From: Promethearchaeota archaeon
GTDB lineage: Archaea > Asgardarchaeota > Lokiarchaeia > Sigyniarchaeales > SOKP01
DNA length: 11,091 nt
Direction of reading: 5' to 3'
Assembly: GCA_048938895.1 (NCBI GenBank)
Contig: JBHLLU010000095.1
Location: 1-11,091 of the forward strand
Of the stretch, positions 6,998 through 11,091 are shown piece after piece. Position numbers and translations under genes: made by a program. Each line of letters starts with the position of its first letter. The stretch's first letter is position 1. Under the pieces are notes generated by a model. That model was not told the origin of the DNA, searched no databases, and was given only the letters and a program-made list of their open reading frames with translations.

Positions 6998-7390
6998 ATG
7001 GTAAAAGTATTAAGAGATTTATGGATTTTAACTGTAAGTGGTACAACAGTTTATAGCCGTGTTATTGACCCTAGAGTAAATCCTCAACTATTTGGAGCAC
7101 TTATGAGTGCATTAAATACCTTTGCTCAAAAACTTACAGACGAAGGGATGTCTAATTTTGAGTTAAGCAGTATTAGATTTTCAATTGTAAAAAGAAATAA
7201 ATTTCTATTTGTTGCTAGTTCTTCAAATAAAATAAAATCAAAAAAAATATTTAAAGAATTAAGAGATATTTCAGATAAGTTTTTTGAGTTATATCCTGAA
7301 GAAACATTGAAGAAGTGGGATTCTGATGTAGGTCTTTTTGATACTTTCGAAGCTGCAATTCAGGATTCTTTAGAGGATAAATCAAAATAA
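6998..7390 (+). CDS. Stand-alone longin-like (roadblock/longin superfamily) protein, eukaryotic-signature type
   Basis: 130 aa with the longin pattern: beta-hairpin LWILTVSGTTVYSR, helix PQLFGALMSALNTFA, three strands ending FLFVASS, helix ELRDISDKFFELY and terminal W-x(5)-FDTF. AAGGGG lies upstream. Confidence 0.75.
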   Translation: MVKVLRDLWILTVSGTTVYSRVIDPRVNPQLFGALMSALNTFAQKLTDEGMSNFELSSIRFSIVKRNKFLFVASSSNKIKSKKIFKELRDISDKFFELYPEETLKKWDSDVGLFDTFEAAIQDSLEDKSK

Positions 7391-7457
7391 ATTATCCTTC
7401 CAAAACATATCTTATTTATTGTTTCCAAATTTTTCTTAATATTGATTTTATAAGCAT

Positions 7458-7470
7458 AAAGGATTTAAGA
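7458..7470 (+). promoter_or_regulatory. Candidate BRE/TATA promoter for the tail-anchored protein gene
   Basis: AAAGG-ATTTAAGA about 30 nt upstream of the ATG at 7501. Confidence 0.4.
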
Positions 7471-7500
7471 AAGAGAAGATATGGTAATAATGAAAAAACT

Positions 7501-7827
7501 ATGAATGAAGAAGAAAATAAGAATAACCATATTCAAAATGAACAATCAAGAGATCTTAGTTCACTCAATAAAAGTAATTTCATTCCTTCAAACAATCTCG
7601 ATTTTCTCATTAATCAATTATCAAATCCAGGATTTTTAGGCTCAATTCATTTGAAAAAGGAAATGAATCCGAATTACCAGCAATTAGAGAATATGTTGGG
7701 TAGTGAACATGAATCAAAACTAACACGATCAATAAAAAATACAATCTTCAATCCCTTAACAAAAATTTTGATAATTTCAGCGATTATTTTTAACATATTC
7801 TGGTTCCTCTCAATATATTTGTTGTGA
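7501..7827 (+). CDS. Hypothetical tail-anchored membrane protein
   Basis: 108 aa. N/Q/E/S-rich soluble part and one hydrophobic segment, ILIISAIIFNIFWFLSIYLL, that forms the extreme C-terminus. No signal peptide. Confidence 0.72.
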   Translation: MNEEENKNNHIQNEQSRDLSSLNKSNFIPSNNLDFLINQLSNPGFLGSIHLKKEMNPNYQQLENMLGSEHESKLTRSIKNTIFNPLTKILIISAIIFNIFWFLSIYLL

Positions 7828-7880
7828 AAGGAACAAAAATAAAGATCTATAAAAACTTTGTAAATATTTTAATAAATTTA

Positions 7881-7894
7881 AAAGATATTTATAT
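7881..7894 (+). promoter_or_regulatory. Candidate BRE/TATA promoter for the oxidoreductase operon
   Basis: AAAGATA-TTTATAT. An alternative TTTATA lies at 7943-7948. Confidence 0.4.
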
Positions 7895-7966
7895 TTTTCA
7901 AGATTAGACTTTGTAACTTATATAGGTCATTCATAAAGAGAATTTATATGAAAAGGTAATATAAGC

Positions 7967-9439
7967 TTGATTTACGACGTCATAATTATAGGTGCAGGAG
8001 TAACTGGATGTTCTATAGCACGCACGCTTTCAAAATATAATTTAAAAATAGCTGTATTGGAAAAAGAGGCAGAAATCGCATCAGGAACATCTAAAGCTAA
8101 TTCAGGTGTAGTCCATGCAGGTTATGCTGCACAAAGGGAATACACCAAAAGATATTTGAGTATAAAAGGGAATAAATTATATTCTCAAGCAGCAAAAGAA
8201 TTGAATTTTCCATTTAAAAGAATCGGTTCGTTTGTAGTTGCCTTAGAGGATAGTCAGATAAAAGAATTAGAGGAAGAGAGAAAGAAAGGAATAGAAGATG
8301 GCATACCGGGTTTAGAATTAATATTAGACAAAAATAAAATAAAAGAAATGGAACCAACTCTAACTGATGATGTTGTAGGTGTTTTACATGCTTCTAGCGC
8401 AGGTCTTGTTAGTCCATATGAATTAACTTTCGCTTTAGCGGATAATGCAACAATAAATGGTGTAAAATTTTTCAGAAATCATGAAGTTGTTAAAATTAGG
8501 CATCAAGACTATACTTTTACTGTAAGAACATATCAAGGAGAATTTAAAACAAGAAATCTCATTAATGCAGCAGGACTTTATGCTGCAAAAATATCCAGCA
8601 TGTTAGGGCTTGATTATTTTAGCTTAATACCACGAAAGGGAGAATATATTTTATTCGACAGAAACGCAATCCACCTGAATAAAATTCTCTTTCCAATACC
8701 CACTAAAATTTCTAAAGGTATTTTAGTCTGCCCTACTTTGCACGGTAACACTTTTGCTGGGCCCAATGCACAAAATATTACTGATCCTGAAGATGTTTCC
8801 ACTACAACGGCGGGATTAAAAGAAATCCTAGAAGGTGGGAGAAAATTAGTTCCAAGCCTTCCTTTAAGAAGTTCAATTCGAAATTTTGCAGGATTAAGAG
8901 CAGTTCCGGAGACCTATGACTTTATCATAGATAATACTGATGTTTACGGATTTATAAATGTCGCAGGGATTTTATCACCAGGATTAACGGCAACATTTGC
9001 GATTGCTGAAAAGGTTGTTGAATTTCTTGAATTATTAGGCGTCAAATTATCTATTAAAGAAGATTATAATCCCTATCGTCCCAAACCTGAACGATTTAAA
9101 GATTTTACAAAGGAACAATTGGATAGTAAGGTCAAGGAAGATCCAAGATGGGGAAGAATTATCTGCCGATGTGAGACAATACCAGAAATGGAAATTATAA
9201 ATGCGATCCATGCCCCAGTTGGGGCAAGAACGGTTGATGGTGTGAAATTTCGTTGTAGGCCTGGAATGGGCAGGTGTCAGGGGGGCTTCTGTCGCCCACG
9301 AGTAATAGAAATACTTTCAAGAGAATTGAAGGTTCCTTATGAACAGGTTACTAAAAGGGGAGAAGATACCAATATTTTAGTGGGGAGAACAAAGGATATA
9401 GTTTTAAAAAATATATCTGGAGGTGCGAGTAAAGAGTGA
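7967..9439 (+). CDS. FAD-dependent oxidoreductase (glycerol-3-phosphate dehydrogenase / LhgO-like, DAO family) with C-terminal BFD-like [2Fe-2S] domain
   Basis: TTG start. GAGVTG FAD fold, TSKANSGVVHAG, PRKGEY, FAGLR and SPGLTA motifs. C-terminal ICRCE...GRCQGGFC. Confidence 0.88.
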   Translation: MIYDVIIIGAGVTGCSIARTLSKYNLKIAVLEKEAEIASGTSKANSGVVHAGYAAQREYTKRYLSIKGNKLYSQAAKELNFPFKRIGSFVVALEDSQIKELEEERKKGIEDGIPGLELILDKNKIKEMEPTLTDDVVGVLHASSAGLVSPYELTFALADNATINGVKFFRNHEVVKIRHQDYTFTVRTYQGEFKTRNLINAAGLYAAKISSMLGLDYFSLIPRKGEYILFDRNAIHLNKILFPIPTKISKGILVCPTLHGNTFAGPNAQNITDPEDVSTTTAGLKEILEGGRKLVPSLPLRSSIRNFAGLRAVPETYDFIIDNTDVYGFINVAGILSPGLTATFAIAEKVVEFLELLGVKLSIKEDYNPYRPKPERFKDFTKEQLDSKVKEDPRWGRIICRCETIPEMEIINAIHAPVGARTVDGVKFRCRPGMGRCQGGFCRPRVIEILSRELKVPYEQVTKRGEDTNILVGRTKDIVLKNISGGASKE

Positions 9440-10734
9440 ATAAGTATGTGGTAGATGTAGCAGTGATTGGTGGAGGATCAGCAGGTTTAGCAGCAGCAAT
9501 AGTTGTTAAAAAAGCAGATTTGAATGTGTTAATTCTGGAAAGAGATAAGGAATTAGGAGGAATCACACTCCAGTGCATTCATAATGGATTTGGTCTACAC
9601 GAGTTTAAGGAAGAATTAACCGGACCTGAATATGTTCAAAGGTTTATCAATCAAGCTTTACAATTAGATGTTGATTTTAAGTTAGATACAATGGTAATTG
9701 AAATTACTCCCGAGAAATTAATATATGCTGTCAATAATAAAGAGGGATTGATCGAAATAAAAGCTAAGGCAATTATTCTAGCAATGGGATGCCGTGAAAG
9801 AACAAGAGGTGCAATCAACATACCTGGTTTTCGGCCAGCGGGAATTTATACAGCTGGACAAGCACAAAGATTTGTTAATGTCGAAGGGTATTTACCTGGT
9901 AGGACTTATGTTATTTTGGGAAGTGGAGATATAGGTATGATTATGGCCCGTCGCTTAACATGGGAAGGATGCCAAGTTCAAGCTGTTGTTGAAATCCAAC
10001 CCTACGTTAGCGGATTGATCAGAAATCAAGTTCAATGTTTAGAAGATTATGGAATTCCACTTATAACAAGTTATACTGTCACTAAAATTCATGGGAAAGA
10101 CAGAGTTCAAGGTGTTACAATTTCAAAGGTTGATAGAAATTTTGATAGGGTAATAGGTTCTGAGAAATTTATTGAATGCGACACTTTATTATTATCTGTA
10201 GGATTAATTCCGGAAAATGAATTAACAAGAGAAGCGGGAGCGGAAATTGCTGAAATGGGTGGACCTATTATTGATAATAACTTAGAATCAACATTAGAAG
10301 GAGTATTTGCTTGTGGTAATGTATTACAAGTACACGATTTAGTAGATCTAGTAACCGCAGAGGCAAAAAGAGCTGGATTGAACGCTATTGAGTATATTAA
10401 AAACAGATATGGTAAAGAGATTAAGAAGGAAGAAAAAATAAAGTGTATTCCTGGCGAAAATGTTAATTATGTAAAGCCAGATTTGATAAATCGATCAAAT
10501 TTAAATAAAGATGTTATATTTACATTTAGAGTAAAAAGTCCTGACAGAAGATTGCTAATTCAATTTAAGGATGACAAAAACAGAATCTTATATAAAAAGA
10601 AAAGAAGATATGTTATCCCAAGTGAAATGATTGAAATTAACCTTAATTTAAACAATATTAATATTGATCCCACTACAAAATATATTGAAATAGAAGTAAT
10701 TCCTCGCCCAGAGGTTTTAATTGAGGAGAAATAA
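9436..10734 (+). CDS. NAD(P)/FAD-dependent oxidoreductase (pyridine nucleotide-disulfide family), partner subunit
   Basis: GTG start overlapping the previous TGA, with GGAGGTG SD at 9419-9425. GGGSAGLAAA, QCIHNGFG, GCRER, GSGDIG and GVFACGN motifs. Confidence 0.88.
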   Translation: MNKYVVDVAVIGGGSAGLAAAIVVKKADLNVLILERDKELGGITLQCIHNGFGLHEFKEELTGPEYVQRFINQALQLDVDFKLDTMVIEITPEKLIYAVNNKEGLIEIKAKAIILAMGCRERTRGAINIPGFRPAGIYTAGQAQRFVNVEGYLPGRTYVILGSGDIGMIMARRLTWEGCQVQAVVEIQPYVSGLIRNQVQCLEDYGIPLITSYTVTKIHGKDRVQGVTISKVDRNFDRVIGSEKFIECDTLLLSVGLIPENELTREAGAEIAEMGGPIIDNNLESTLEGVFACGNVLQVHDLVDLVTAEAKRAGLNAIEYIKNRYGKEIKKEEKIKCIPGENVNYVKPDLINRSNLNKDVIFTFRVKSPDRRLLIQFKDDKNRILYKKKRRYVIPSEMIEINLNLNNINIDPTTKYIEIEVIPRPEVLIEEK

Positions 10735-10735
10735 A

Positions 10736-11091
10736 ATGTCAGTATCGAAAATTCCAGAAGGAAGTAAAGATATACGATGTATTGTATGCCCTACAGGATG
10801 CCTTGTGCATGTTGAGAATGTTTCCGGAGAACTTGTAATTGAAGGGCATTCTTGCAAAAGGGGAGAAGAATATGCAAGAGAAGAATTTATTGCCCCTAAA
10901 CGAATTCTTACTACAACTATTAGAGTAGAAGATGGATTTCTCCCATTAGTACCAGTAAGGTCAGATTCACCTATTCCTAAAGAAAAACTTCAAGATGCAT
11001 TAAAAGAAATAGCTAAAACTGTAGTTAAGGCTCCAATAAAAATGGGGGATATTTTATTAAAAAACGTAATTGGGTTAGATATTAATATAGT
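10736..11091 (+). CDS. DUF1667-type small Fe-S/CxxC protein (3' end outside the window)
   Basis: Not in the supplied ORF track. Translated by hand as MSVSKIPEGSKDIRCIVCPTGCLVHV...GHSCKRGEEYAREE...PKRILTTT...PIPKE...APIKMGDIL, open to the window end. GAGGAG SD at 10723-10728. Confidence 0.88.
   Translation, partial: MSVSKIPEGSKDIRCIVCPTGCLVHVENVSGELVIEGHSCKRGEEYAREEFIAPKRILTTTIRVEDGFLPLVPVRSDSPIPKEKLQDALKEIAKTVVKAPIKMGDILLKNVIGLDINI

Noticed and set aside
6792-7004. 70-aa plus-strand ORF across the divergent promoter region
   Set aside because: It overlaps both flanking genes, has a non-ATG start, and its I/F/K/N-rich composition is typical of AT-rich non-coding DNA.
7481-7504. Mini-ORF MVIMKKL overlapping the ATG at 7501, containing an A6 run (possible uORF or frameshifted N-terminus)
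   Set aside because: Too short to distinguish from chance, and its first ATG is too close to the candidate TATA box to be transcribed from it.
1838-9439. TGA stop codons as possible selenocysteine read-through sites
   Set aside because: The proteins look complete at their TGA. Two TGAs are start/stop overlaps (5091, 9436), the read-throughs I checked (7827, 9439) stop within a few codons, and I saw no convincing SECIS.
8614-9578. Minus-strand ORFs 8614..8802 and 9351..9578
   Set aside because: Antisense shadows of the oxidoreductase operon.

Overview
Low-GC archaeal genomic window, most likely Asgard (Lokiarchaeia-like). That placement is inferred from a divergent TFB, a stand-alone longin-fold protein, archaeal BRE/TATA promoters and (GG)AGGTG-type ribosome-binding sites. 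Minus strand: a divergent transcription factor B, a small 3-TM protein, a ~7-TM + HSL-type esterase fusion, and a translationally coupled pair made of an FAD-linked D-2-hydroxyacid (D-lactate-type) dehydrogenase with a C-terminal 2x[4Fe-4S] domain and a nickel-pincer LarA racemase. Plus strand, divergent: a longin-like protein, a tail-anchored membrane protein, and a three-gene glycerol-3-phosphate-dehydrogenase-like operon (FAD/BFD-like subunit, NAD(P)/FAD oxidoreductase, DUF1667; the last is cut off by the window end). No CRISPR array, tRNA, rRNA or mobile element was seen. Best leads: the longin + tail-anchored pair, the unusual dehydrogenase-LarA module with an altered active-site motif, a probably outward-facing multi-TM esterase preceded by a perfect 20-bp palindrome, and a palindrome/hairpin-rich region upstream of tfb. 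All family assignments come from motif recognition by eye; no database search was run.
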